Source of the DNA: a virus
Taxonomy: Duplodnaviria > Caudoviricetes
Virus record (IMG/VR): IMGVR_UViG_3300025154_000101
Span: 1-60,040 of that record
Reading direction: 5' to 3' (one strand)
DNA: 60,040 nt
Under the pieces are notes generated by a model that saw nothing but the letters and a program-made list of their open reading frames with translations, was not told where the DNA came from and ran no database searches. Position 1 is the first letter of the stretch; every line of letters begins with the position of its first letter. Made by a program: the position numbers and the translations under genes. This document shows positions 39,654 to 49,600 of the stretch, piece by piece.

Positions 39654-41357
39654 ATGGCTACATTTGCACAACTTTTATCACAATACAGTCAATCTGCAGT
39701 AAGCTTTGCGAAGCACTTATCTGAAAATGCTGCTTATGTTGCAGACACCGGTACGGCTGACGCTTTAGTTGTTACGCTTTCAACAGCGCCAGCGGTTTAT
39801 AGTACAAGCATGTTGCTGATAGTTAAGAAGTCGGCCAGTGCCAACACTGGGGCGTCAACGATTAATGTCAGTGCGTTGGGCATAAAATCTATTGTAAAAG
39901 ATGTAGATACAACATTAGAATCTGGCGACATGCCCGCTAATGGTTTGTGTTTTTTGCAATATGACGGCACAAATTTCTTGCTTTTGAACCCTGCCAAATC
40001 TGCCGCTCTTAGTACACATATGGCTGATTATATGACATTGTTAATAAATGCAAAGTATCCTCCAACTCCGCTTGTTGGTGCGTCTGCTTCTGTTGGGGTT
40101 GATGATACCGCAGTTTTACAAGCAATAATTGATTATGCTGCTGCAAACAATAAACAGGTATTTGTCCCGCCTGGAACGTATGAATTTACAACCCTGGTTA
40201 TACCACAAGATTTTAAACTATTTGGTATAGCGGGGGAATATAAAGGCACTGTATTTAATCATACTGGCACAGGGGTTGGGTTTGATTTGAGCGGATCTTT
40301 CAAAAAAACGGTGCTTGAAGGATTTACAATTATTGGCGGTGGGGCTGCATCTGTTGGTATTAACATTATGCGTCCCGAAACACAGATTCGCAATGTAGAA
40401 TTTAGAAGCTATTTAGGAACGGCTTTTTTGCTTGATGATGACCCTTTATCAACAAGTGGAGCATGGATGTCAACACTTGAACATGTTAAAATCAATGGTG
40501 CAACAGTCGGAATAGATTGTGTAAATAACGTAAATGAAGTTACAATAAAAGATTTTCAAATTCACAATTGCACAACAGCCGGAATACGCTCATCAGGAAG
40601 TAACAGCAGTTTGCATATTATAGATGGAAATTTGTCTGAAAATGATAATGGGACTAATACATCTCATGCAATAGATATTTCTGGGGGCGTTGATATATCT
40701 ATTAAAAACTGCTACATTGAAAATAATGATCAGGGAATCTATGTTTCCAGTGTGGACAATCTCACTATTCAAGACTGCTTTATAAACGGAGTAAATGTTC
40801 AGGGTAATGGTATCTATTTGACAAGTGCAAATGTAAAACAGGTAAATATATTAAACTGTCACTTAATACAGCATTTCACTGCGGACATTAACCTAAATAC
40901 AAGCCCTGCAAATGTATTTATAATTAATTGCCACTATACCACATTGACAAATAGCTCAAATTCTACAGTTTTGGAGGTAACAGGATCTACAATTGTCGGT
41001 CGTGGGCTTGGTGTTATCACTAACGGATTAGTGCGGAAATCACAAAACAAAACAGCAGACTATACCGTTACATATGAGGACTCTGAAACAACTATGACAA
41101 ATATCGGTGCAGGAGCAAATGTGGCGTTTACTCTTCCGGCAACTAGACCCGGTGTTAAATTTACATTTATAAAAAGGCAACTATATCAGGCGATTACGCT
41201 TGTTCCTGTAGCTGGTGATAAATTTGTGTATAGAGGTTCTGTAAAAACTGACGGACAAACGTTTGTGGCGAGTGAATCCGGACATTATGCTTCTATAACA
41301 ATCGAAGGTATTGACGAGGGTTGGTATGTCCATGTAAATGACGGCACGTGGGCTTAG
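39654..41357 (+). CDS. Tailspike / receptor-binding protein with pectate-lyase-like beta-helix
   Basis: GVDDTAVLQAIID...VFVPPGTY beta-helix cap followed by Asn/Ile-rich parallel beta-helix repeats. Confidence 0.85.
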   Translation: MATFAQLLSQYSQSAVSFAKHLSENAAYVADTGTADALVVTLSTAPAVYSTSMLLIVKKSASANTGASTINVSALGIKSIVKDVDTTLESGDMPANGLCFLQYDGTNFLLLNPAKSAALSTHMADYMTLLINAKYPPTPLVGASASVGVDDTAVLQAIIDYAAANNKQVFVPPGTYEFTTLVIPQDFKLFGIAGEYKGTVFNHTGTGVGFDLSGSFKKTVLEGFTIIGGGAASVGINIMRPETQIRNVEFRSYLGTAFLLDDDPLSTSGAWMSTLEHVKINGATVGIDCVNNVNEVTIKDFQIHNCTTAGIRSSGSNSSLHIIDGNLSENDNGTNTSHAIDISGGVDISIKNCYIENNDQGIYVSSVDNLTIQDCFINGVNVQGNGIYLTSANVKQVNILNCHLIQHFTADINLNTSPANVFIINCHYTTLTNSSNSTVLEVTGSTIVGRGLGVITNGLVRKSQNKTADYTVTYEDSETTMTNIGAGANVAFTLPATRPGVKFTFIKRQLYQAITLVPVAGDKFVYRGSVKTDGQTFVASESGHYASITIEGIDEGWYVHVNDGTWA

Positions 41358-41396
41358 TTCACATAAGGAATAAATAGTTCATAATAAACGGCTATT

Positions 41397-41421
41397 AGCC
41401 CTTCCGAAAGGTGGGGCTTTT
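41397..41421 (+). terminator. Intrinsic terminator
   Basis: AGCCCTTCC-GAAA-GGTGGGGCT-TTT. Confidence 0.6.
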
Positions 41422-41466
41422 ATCATGTTAAAATATAGATATAGAGATAATTCAAGGAGGTAAGTT

Positions 41467-42096
41467 ATGTTAGTCTCGGAATTAATTACTTTTATCGATA
41501 GGAAATACAGCAATTCGGAATCTTCGGCAAATAAGATCCTCGACATTGATGCAATTCATAAGCGGACTTTTATGAAGTTAAGCCGGTTGTCAAACAACTA
41601 TACCAAACATACTGATGTTACCATAGCAGATCAGTTAGTATGCAATTTTCCTGCCGACTGTTCACCTGAAAATGTTATATCAATCCAGGTATCTGATTTG
41701 GCGGGAGAGGAATGGACCGAATACAAATATGCAGGACTGAAGGATTACATTTCAAGCGGATATTATTGGACTACGGACACGGCTGGCACGTACGCCCTAC
41801 TTGATTACGGCGAGGTTATTGCAACCAATGACTTGGGTATTATCATTTATTATTACAAGACTCCTGCGACAATAAGCCTTACTACTGACACACCAGAACT
41901 AGATCCGCTTTACCATCTTATAATTGCTTACCAGGAAATTTCAGACATTGCAAGCCAGGGACATAATCCGGATGCGGAAATAGCCGACTTCTGGCAAAGA
42001 AAAGCCGATGAACTGTTTGCTGAAGCCAAGGACGATTTGTACGAGAAGAATAATTCGAAGCCGAAAAGGTCATGTCAGGCTACGGAGGATTGGTAG
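41467..42096 (+). CDS. Head-tail adaptor (tubular protein A-like)
   Basis: Size, position, DTPELDPLYHLII motif. Confidence 0.65.
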   Translation: MLVSELITFIDRKYSNSESSANKILDIDAIHKRTFMKLSRLSNNYTKHTDVTIADQLVCNFPADCSPENVISIQVSDLAGEEWTEYKYAGLKDYISSGYYWTTDTAGTYALLDYGEVIATNDLGIIIYYYKTPATISLTTDTPELDPLYHLIIAYQEISDIASQGHNPDAEIADFWQRKADELFAEAKDDLYEKNNSKPKRSCQATEDW

Positions 42097-42097
42097 G

Positions 42098-43468
42098 ATG
42101 GGTGTGTATTGGAATAAAAGAAAGTTAAGTCATTCTCAAGAGCCTTCGCCGATTAGGTTAGGTGATGGTGAAAACAAGGCTGTTTCTATCTTTGAAATAA
42201 AGCAAAGCGAGGCTTCTTACAGCAGGAACACATCAAGTCGTAATTATCCTGCCTTGTCCGTATGTCCCGGGAGAGCCAATGTATTTTCCGCAATCACAAC
42301 TCCAAATGCTGCCGGGAAAAGAACTAATACATATATGCATGTCCATGATGGTACAGTTTGGAAAGCTTGGAATGGTTCAGCATGGGCGAATATTCAAACA
42401 GGCTTGACCAGCGCAAGAGGCAGATTTGTCGATTTCTCAACAGAGGCGGCAACTTATACCATCCTGGCGAACGGTACAGAAAAATACTCATGGAATGGTT
42501 CCGCAGCTGCAGCAATAGCGGATATGCCGGCAACAAGGTTGATTTGTGTTGACGATTACCGGGTATATGCGCTACTTGGGAACAAACTGTCCTGCTCTGC
42601 CGCTGGTTCGGTCACAGATTGGACTACAGCAGACGATGCCGACAGTATCATGATTGCTTCGGCCAATGGTGTAGGAACGGCTGTGGCGGCTTACAGTGAC
42701 ATTGTAATATGTTGGTTTGATCAAAGTATGCACCAACTATTCGGGGATGATCCGTATAATTTCCAATGGGGCCCAGTCTATGACGATGGCTGCATATCGG
42801 ATTATTCCGTCATTGAGCATAGAGGTATACTCTATTTCCTCGATTTTGGTGCATTCAAGGCATTTACAGGAGGCAAGCCGCAGGAAATAAGCCAAAGAGT
42901 CAGACCGTATCTGGAGGGCATACCAGCGGCGTACAAGACTAAGTGTGTTGCGGGGGCTTCGGGCAAATATATTTATCTTTCCATCCCATATGGAGCGGTC
43001 ACGGAAAATAATTTAATTCTGGAATATGATACTGAACTTGACAGATGGTATCCGCAAACCGGTGATGTTGTCGATTTCGTCACGATTGGTGAGACTTTGT
43101 ATGGAATTTCTTCAACTGGCCAGCCGATACAGTTTGGTTCCGGTACTACTTTTAGCGGTACGGCGATTTCGTGGAGTCACATAACTGGAGTCTACCACGG
43201 TGGAACGTATACAAAGAAATGTCTGAATGAATTGGATATGATAGTTGACCTGCCTATAGGTTCGACAATGACTGTATCTTATTCAACTACGGTTGATGGT
43301 GACGATTTTGTTTTGGCTTATACTTTTGCAGCTTCAGCAGTTGAACAGAATGTAAGGGTTCCTCTTGTGGTGGAAAATGTTGATTATTACCGTTTGGAAT
43401 TCAGTGGAACCGGTCCGTCTACGATTCATTTTGCCTATAAAGGCAGAGAAAGGATTAAGGTGAGATAG
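42098..43468 (+). CDS. Tail nozzle / stabilisation protein (P22 gp10-like)
   Basis: Beta-propeller-like repeats, position after the adaptor; likely start ATG 42098. Confidence 0.65.
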   Translation: MGVYWNKRKLSHSQEPSPIRLGDGENKAVSIFEIKQSEASYSRNTSSRNYPALSVCPGRANVFSAITTPNAAGKRTNTYMHVHDGTVWKAWNGSAWANIQTGLTSARGRFVDFSTEAATYTILANGTEKYSWNGSAAAAIADMPATRLICVDDYRVYALLGNKLSCSAAGSVTDWTTADDADSIMIASANGVGTAVAAYSDIVICWFDQSMHQLFGDDPYNFQWGPVYDDGCISDYSVIEHRGILYFLDFGAFKAFTGGKPQEISQRVRPYLEGIPAAYKTKCVAGASGKYIYLSIPYGAVTENNLILEYDTELDRWYPQTGDVVDFVTIGETLYGISSTGQPIQFGSGTTFSGTAISWSHITGVYHGGTYTKKCLNELDMIVDLPIGSTMTVSYSTTVDGDDFVLAYTFAASAVEQNVRVPLVVENVDYYRLEFSGTGPSTIHFAYKGRERIKVR

Positions 43469-44514
43469 TGCAACCAAGATTTACATATGACAGTAATTTA
43501 ACCCCACAACAGAATATGGAGGCTTTGATACCAAGACTAAATCATTTGCTGGCCTTCTTGGATTCAAAAAATGTCAAGCGGATTGACACCAACGAAACAG
43601 TAGTGAAGTCAGCTGATGGCGAAACTCGGATAAACGGCCCGCTCATTCAAATGTACGACAAACAGGGAACGCCGATATTAAGGCTACAGGCAGGTTATGA
43701 TGCTGCTACTCTTGATTTTGTATTTCAGTTATTAAACTCCGCTGGCGACATCACTGTTAGCATGGATTCATCTACTGGTAACATAATAGTTGAACGCGGT
43801 ACATTTAAAGGCAGCATTACAATAGGTACCGGAAACAATGTTTTCAAGGCAGACAGTAACGGTATATATTTAGGCAATGCCTTATTTGCCAGCGCACCAT
43901 TTAGAGTGACAATGACTGGTGCTGCCACAGCCTCAAATTTGACCATTGAGGGCGGAACAATAACAGGTGTAACTATTTCTATTGGCACGGGGAATAACGT
44001 GTTTAAGGTTGATAGCAATGGTGTCTGGTTGGGACATGCGGACTATGCAAGCGCTCCGTTTAAAGTAAGTATGGCGGGAGCGGCAGAAGCAACGAATTTG
44101 ACGGTTACAGGCGGCAGCATTAACGTTGATACAGATTTATATGTCGGGAATAATATCTACTTAGGAAGCCTTAATTTGACCGCACTAAAAAATATGGTAT
44201 TTAATGGTCAAGTTGAAATTGGGATTTATGAAGATGATTTAGGGAGCCCGCCTGTAGGGTTTTACATTTCCGCGAACACTCTTAAATTAAGTGATGTTTC
44301 AAAAATTGTTCATGATGCGACTTTGGAATTTTACGGCACTTATGGCTTTTCAGGTGCAACAGTGTCGGGATTGGACAGTTCCGATTACGCTACTCAGACA
44401 TGGGTTAATGCGCAAGGATTTTTAACTGGGACAACTGGCGCAACTGGCTCTTTTACTTCTGCTGATGGGAAAACAATATCGGTTTCCAACGGCTTAATAA
44501 CAAGCATCGTATAA
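43468..44514 (+). CDS. Tail needle/fibre-like protein with internal duplication
   Basis: IGTGNNVFK.DSNG..LG.A..ASAPF.V.M.GAA.A.NLT..GG present twice. Confidence 0.6.
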   Translation: MQPRFTYDSNLTPQQNMEALIPRLNHLLAFLDSKNVKRIDTNETVVKSADGETRINGPLIQMYDKQGTPILRLQAGYDAATLDFVFQLLNSAGDITVSMDSSTGNIIVERGTFKGSITIGTGNNVFKADSNGIYLGNALFASAPFRVTMTGAATASNLTIEGGTITGVTISIGTGNNVFKVDSNGVWLGHADYASAPFKVSMAGAAEATNLTVTGGSINVDTDLYVGNNIYLGSLNLTALKNMVFNGQVEIGIYEDDLGSPPVGFYISANTLKLSDVSKIVHDATLEFYGTYGFSGATVSGLDSSDYATQTWVNAQGFLTGTTGATGSFTSADGKTISVSNGLITSIV

Positions 44515-44581
44515 TTATTTTGAAAAATATGTATTATTTTTTGAATGTTATGGTATAATTTACCCAAGAGGTGAATACAAT

Positions 44582-44890
44582 ATGAAAAAAATTTTACTAG
44601 GTTTAATTATTGGTTTAATGATCGGTTCCAGTGTTTCAGTTTTTGCACTGGACAAGTTCGACATTATGAGACTTGACACATATGATAACTGGCAAGCTGT
44701 TTTGGTAGGTAGTCAAAGTACGGGCCCGATATTAGACATAGGCACCCTTGAGAAAGACGAAACAGATGCCCATAAAATTAGCGACTTGGAACGAGTAACC
44801 ATTCATGCTGATGAACTAAGGTTGAAAGGCGAAAGAGTTTTAACGGAATCACAAGTAAGAGATTTGATCCTGGAACTGACAAAAGAATAA
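44582..44890 (+). CDS. Secreted protein (moron) with its own promoter and terminator
   Basis: Signal peptide; TGGTATAAT extended -10 upstream; AAGAATCC-GAAA-GGGTTCTT terminator downstream. Confidence 0.65.
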   Translation: MKKILLGLIIGLMIGSSVSVFALDKFDIMRLDTYDNWQAVLVGSQSTGPILDIGTLEKDETDAHKISDLERVTIHADELRLKGERVLTESQVRDLILELTKE

Positions 44891-45004
44891 TTTGATTTCC
44901 ACACAAGAATCCGAAAGGGTTCTTCTTTTTTGCCTCAAATCACCCAACTCTATTTCCGTGATAAAATTAAGTCAGGAAACAATTTCCGCAAGGAGGGAAT
45001 GTAA

Positions 45005-46633
45005 ATGGCTGTATATAAGGTAGGTTCTTCCGGTGATGATGTAAAAGCTCTTCAAACTCAATTAAAGAATGCTGGCTTTGATCCTGGAGGAATTGATGGT
45101 CAATACGGTTCCAACACCGCCGCTGCGGTTTTGGCTTATCAGAAAGCAAATAATTTAACTCCGGATTCTATTGCAGGTCCGCAAACTTTAGGCAGCCTCA
45201 CTCGAACCGCACAAAGTGCAACACCTGCTTCAACCGTTCAATCTCCTATTGACAAAATTGCCAGTGAGGAATACCAGTGGGGTAAACTTGATCCGGCATA
45301 TAAAAATGCTATTCAGACCGGGACGGAAGATAATTTTTACGCCGGACTAAACAAAATGATGCAGCAGCCTGTCGCGCCTCAAGCGCCATCAGGAACCGGA
45401 ATGAATCTGAGTGGCTTAAGCAATATCAACTTTGGTGCTCCTGTTGCTCCTGAACCGTACAAAGACCCTTATGCGGATAAAATAAATTCCCTGCTTGACA
45501 AGTATTTGGGCATGGGCAGTTTTTCTTACGACCCTTCATCTGATGCCGGATTAGAAGCGGCTCAGGGTGATGCAATGGCAGCAGTGGATAGAAACGCTGC
45601 AAGGCGAGGAATGATTTACAGTGATTCGAATAAGTCTCAGCTTGGCAAATCGGCTTTGTCGTTGATTCCGCAGTTTAGGGATGCGGCTCGAAGCGAATAT
45701 CAATCCGGACTCGGTAATATCATTAACCAGCTTCAAACACTTCAGGGATTATCTAATACAGGGAGAAGCACATTTGAATCGGACAGGAATTTCAATTATG
45801 ATGCACTCAGAGACACCGTACAAGATACTGGTATGTCGAATGGCCAATATACCCAGTCCGGTAAAATCAATCAGCAGAGTATCGAACAGAATAATCAGGA
45901 ATTACTGGCAGGTAAGGCCGCTACTATCGCAGCAGCTAATTATGATAACATTCAGGCTTACATTGATAAATTGCCAGCAAACGACCCATTAAGACCATTT
46001 TTACAGGCAATTTATCAGAAAAAGATTGAAGCGCAGAAGGTTGAAAGGACTAAAGCCGAACAAGAGGCTTATGACAGAGCAACGGGACAGGAGAAATTTG
46101 AACTGGACAAGAAGTATACTAATGCCCAGATAAGTAACCTTGCTGCGGATAATGCAAGACAGGCTGAAGCGGCTGCAGAAAAGAAGGCTTCGTCTGACGC
46201 TGTTTCTTCTGCTACTCCTGAACAGTTGAACTATTTCAACAATGCTTTTAATTACCTTTTAAATCAGAACGGTGGAGATGGGTATAAGGCTTATCAGCAG
46301 CTTTTGAGAGAAGGGAAGGACTATAACGCTTCGATGGGAACAAAACTGTTTACAGAGCTTGGTAAGCAGTTACAGGGATATGGAAAGAGTCAGGGTAGCG
46401 CAACAAGCATGAATAAACCGGAAGTGTACAAATACGAAGAAGATACAGGGTACAAATCAGACTTGGCAGGAATTTATGCAAACCCCAGTATTGCCTTACA
46501 AACCGTAAAGGATAATGCAGCAGCATTGATCGACAAGTATGGGCCCGATGGTTACAATGCATTACTTGCGGCAGCAAAGGGTGAAACTCCTAAAAAGGCA
46601 GAAACATCGGCATGGCAAGAATACACGAAATAA
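45005..46633 (+). CDS. Ejection/internal virion protein with N-terminal peptidoglycan-binding domain
   Basis: GSSGDDVKALQTQL..AGF....DG.YG..T..AV..YQ....L..D.IAGPQT (PG_binding_1). Confidence 0.75.
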   Translation: MAVYKVGSSGDDVKALQTQLKNAGFDPGGIDGQYGSNTAAAVLAYQKANNLTPDSIAGPQTLGSLTRTAQSATPASTVQSPIDKIASEEYQWGKLDPAYKNAIQTGTEDNFYAGLNKMMQQPVAPQAPSGTGMNLSGLSNINFGAPVAPEPYKDPYADKINSLLDKYLGMGSFSYDPSSDAGLEAAQGDAMAAVDRNAARRGMIYSDSNKSQLGKSALSLIPQFRDAARSEYQSGLGNIINQLQTLQGLSNTGRSTFESDRNFNYDALRDTVQDTGMSNGQYTQSGKINQQSIEQNNQELLAGKAATIAAANYDNIQAYIDKLPANDPLRPFLQAIYQKKIEAQKVERTKAEQEAYDRATGQEKFELDKKYTNAQISNLAADNARQAEAAAEKKASSDAVSSATPEQLNYFNNAFNYLLNQNGGDGYKAYQQLLREGKDYNASMGTKLFTELGKQLQGYGKSQGSATSMNKPEVYKYEEDTGYKSDLAGIYANPSIALQTVKDNAAALIDKYGPDGYNALLAAAKGETPKKAETSAWQEYTK

Positions 46634-46645
46634 CGGAGGCATGAA

Positions 46646-49600
46646 ATGGCAGGAATATTATGGGGAAGTAGTTCAGATTCAAAACCTTCCACTGCAGGCA
46701 AAGGTATTTTGTGGAACAAACCTGATATTGAAAAAGATTCCTCCAATGACAGCAATGAGCTTCGCAAGGAAACTTTGCCGGCAAAAAGGCAGCAAGCAAT
46801 AGACACTGCAAAAAGCGCAAAGCCTGTTGTTCAGCAGGAAACAAAAAGACCTTGGGTGGAATCTGCCTTCAATAGAATAAGTGAGGTTGCCAGCGAGATA
46901 CCTCTTGTTAAAACAATTCGTTCTGCCGCTAAAGACACACAGAAAGCAAGGGAAATGCCTGTTGCGGAAATAGCACAAACCGATTCATCCAGAAGGCAAG
47001 AGCTATTCGGTCAACCGGCGGCATATCTTGCAAGCAATGTTGACAAGGGCTTATTAAACTTTAATCAAGGTTTATCGAATGCTGCCGCTGTAGCCGTTGA
47101 AAATACGCCTTTAAAATTTATTCCTGGCGTAGTGGATTACGTCAAAGAACCACAGAATCGATTTGAGGAATATTCTCAGGAAATAGACAAAGCAAACCAG
47201 CCTGTCAGCAAGGGACAGAAATTCCTTGGTGATGTTGTATCCGCTGGGGCGCAAATGGCTCCATCTATTTTACTGGCTTCAATCAATCCCGCTGTCGGCA
47301 TGGCTGCGTTCGGCGTTCCGGCTTTTGGCCAATATGCAAGGCAGGCAGAACTTGGAGAGGCGACACCTTCACAGCAATTAGGCGTAGGTGTAATTGGTGG
47401 AACGGCAGAAGCATTCCTGCAGACCTCGTTATTTGTTAAACCTTTGTTGAAACTATTCCCCCAAAAAGTAATATCCGACGTTGCTAAATCCGGCACGGCT
47501 AATCTTATAAAAAACTTTGCAAACATAGGCAAAAACGTTGTAAAAACTGCCGCAGGCGAAGCTTTTGAAGAAGCAGCGATTGACCCTGTAATCGGACTTG
47601 CTGAAAAAGCCACTTACAATCCAGATAAGAAATGGCTTGGCGAAGGTGGAGCAATCGACCCTAAACAAATGGGTTACGATGCTTTACTTGGTGCCGTTAT
47701 GGGTGGCGGTATTGCTTCAACATCAATTCCGTTCAGCGTAGCAGATGCGATTGAAGTCAAGAAATATATCGAGCAGAATTATGATGACACTCTTGTCATG
47801 GCACAAGGACTTCCCGAGAATTACGCTTCACGCAAGAAGTCAATCGAATATGCTGAAAATGCCCATCCGATAAGTTACAATGAGCTTATTGAATTTCAGC
47901 AGCAGACCGTAAAAGATTTACAGGATTATGCGGCAAAGAATCCAGTCAAGGAAGCCGCACAGCCTAAAATAGAACCTGAGAATATCCAAACACCTCCAGT
48001 TGGAAACAAGCCTGCAAAAGCTGTACAGAAGGTTGAAGCGTTGAAGAAAATCCGTATGTCGGTCAAGCAAGGTACACCGGAATATGAGGCAATTGACGAA
48101 ACTATTAAAAGCGTTGAAGCCCAATTACAGGACGAAATTACCACAGCTAATCCGCAGCAGTCAGAACAGATCGCAGAGGAATTGAGACAGATAACAGGTG
48201 ACAAAACACAGCCTATTCCTGCCAATGTTGTACCTGAGAATGTCGAAATACCTGCTACTGGCAAAATGGATTCTACGGGTTTACAGGGTACAACAATGAC
48301 CGAAAGAAACACAGCAAATGCAGCCGGTACAAATAATTTAATAACTAATCCAAAAACCAAAGCATACCAATTTGAAAATCCGGAAGTGAAAGACTACTAC
48401 CAGACTTATGCCAAATATATCCTTGATGATGAATTCGTACCAAACGCACAAGAGGGCAGAGTAACCGAAGTCATGGCAAAGTTAAAGTCTGACACTGGAT
48501 TGCAGCCAGGCGAGGTTAAAGATGCACTGGAACGGCTTATAAAGAATCAAGGTCAGGAGAATGTCGCAGCCGCCAAAAAGGTTGAAATTGTCATAGACGA
48601 CATGCTGTCCAATGGCTTTGAATCTGTCAGGGGCGAGAAGGTAAAGCCGATAGACGATTATTTGCAGATTAAGTCAGATATTGAGGGTAGAGAGATTAAA
48701 GCTGGCAAAGATGCTACATTGGATGATGTTCCGGCAGAGACAAGTTATGCGAAGCCGACTAAGAACAAAAAAGCTCCCGATGTTCAAGGCTATGCCGTTC
48801 AAGAACTCACGGGCAGAACTGATGAATTGCCAAAGGGTGACGATTCAAGCACAGAATCCAAGACGGTTGACGATATTATTGAAATCATTGAAAAGACCAT
48901 AGGCGTTCCGATCAGAACAGGCAAGTTCAGGCAAAAAGCATTGGGCATATTTAAAATCAAGCCTGAAGTTATCCGCACAAAAGTAAGGGGTGACATACCA
49001 GTTATATCCCATGAATTAGGGCATTACTTTGACAAGAAATACAACTTGTCTACAAGCAAACAATTTAAGAGTGAACTTGATGCGTTGGGTAAAAAGACTT
49101 CCAAACCAAGCTATACACTCGCCCAAATAAGAGCGGAGGGCGTGGCTGAATTTGTCAGTCTTTACTTGACTAACCCAAATAAGGCGCATTCACTTGCTCC
49201 GAAATTCCTTGCGCAATTTGAAAAAACAGTTAATGCAGATACGGTAAAATTCCTTGCTGAGATAAGAAAGGATATTTCAAACATTATAAATCTGCCGCAG
49301 AATAAGAAAATTTACAATGATGTGTCGGACTTTGAAACAAGGAAATCAACTACCCAACAGGTAGGATTTATTCAGAAATTATATGACTCCTGGATAAACG
49401 ATAAAGGGCCGTTCAAGAGGATGCAGAAGTACGCAGAAGGCAAAGGATGGACAGGAAAGGACATTGACCTGCTTACTCAAAACTATAGCGGATTTGAAGC
49501 CAAGGCGCTTTACATGATGTTTGACAAGCAGAGAGATTTAAAAGGCGACATTATAGGCAATTCATTTATGGAAATATTGGCGCCGATATCCAAAAAGGAA

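Noticed and set aside
44389-44416. TAATGCGCAAG inside the tail gene as another dif-like site
   Set aside because: Only the right arm matches; there is no CACATAA-like left arm
39654-44514. Diversity-generating retroelement acting on tail genes
   Set aside because: No reverse transcriptase and no TR/VR pair differing at adenines was seen; the duplication in 43468-44514 is an ordinary protein repeat
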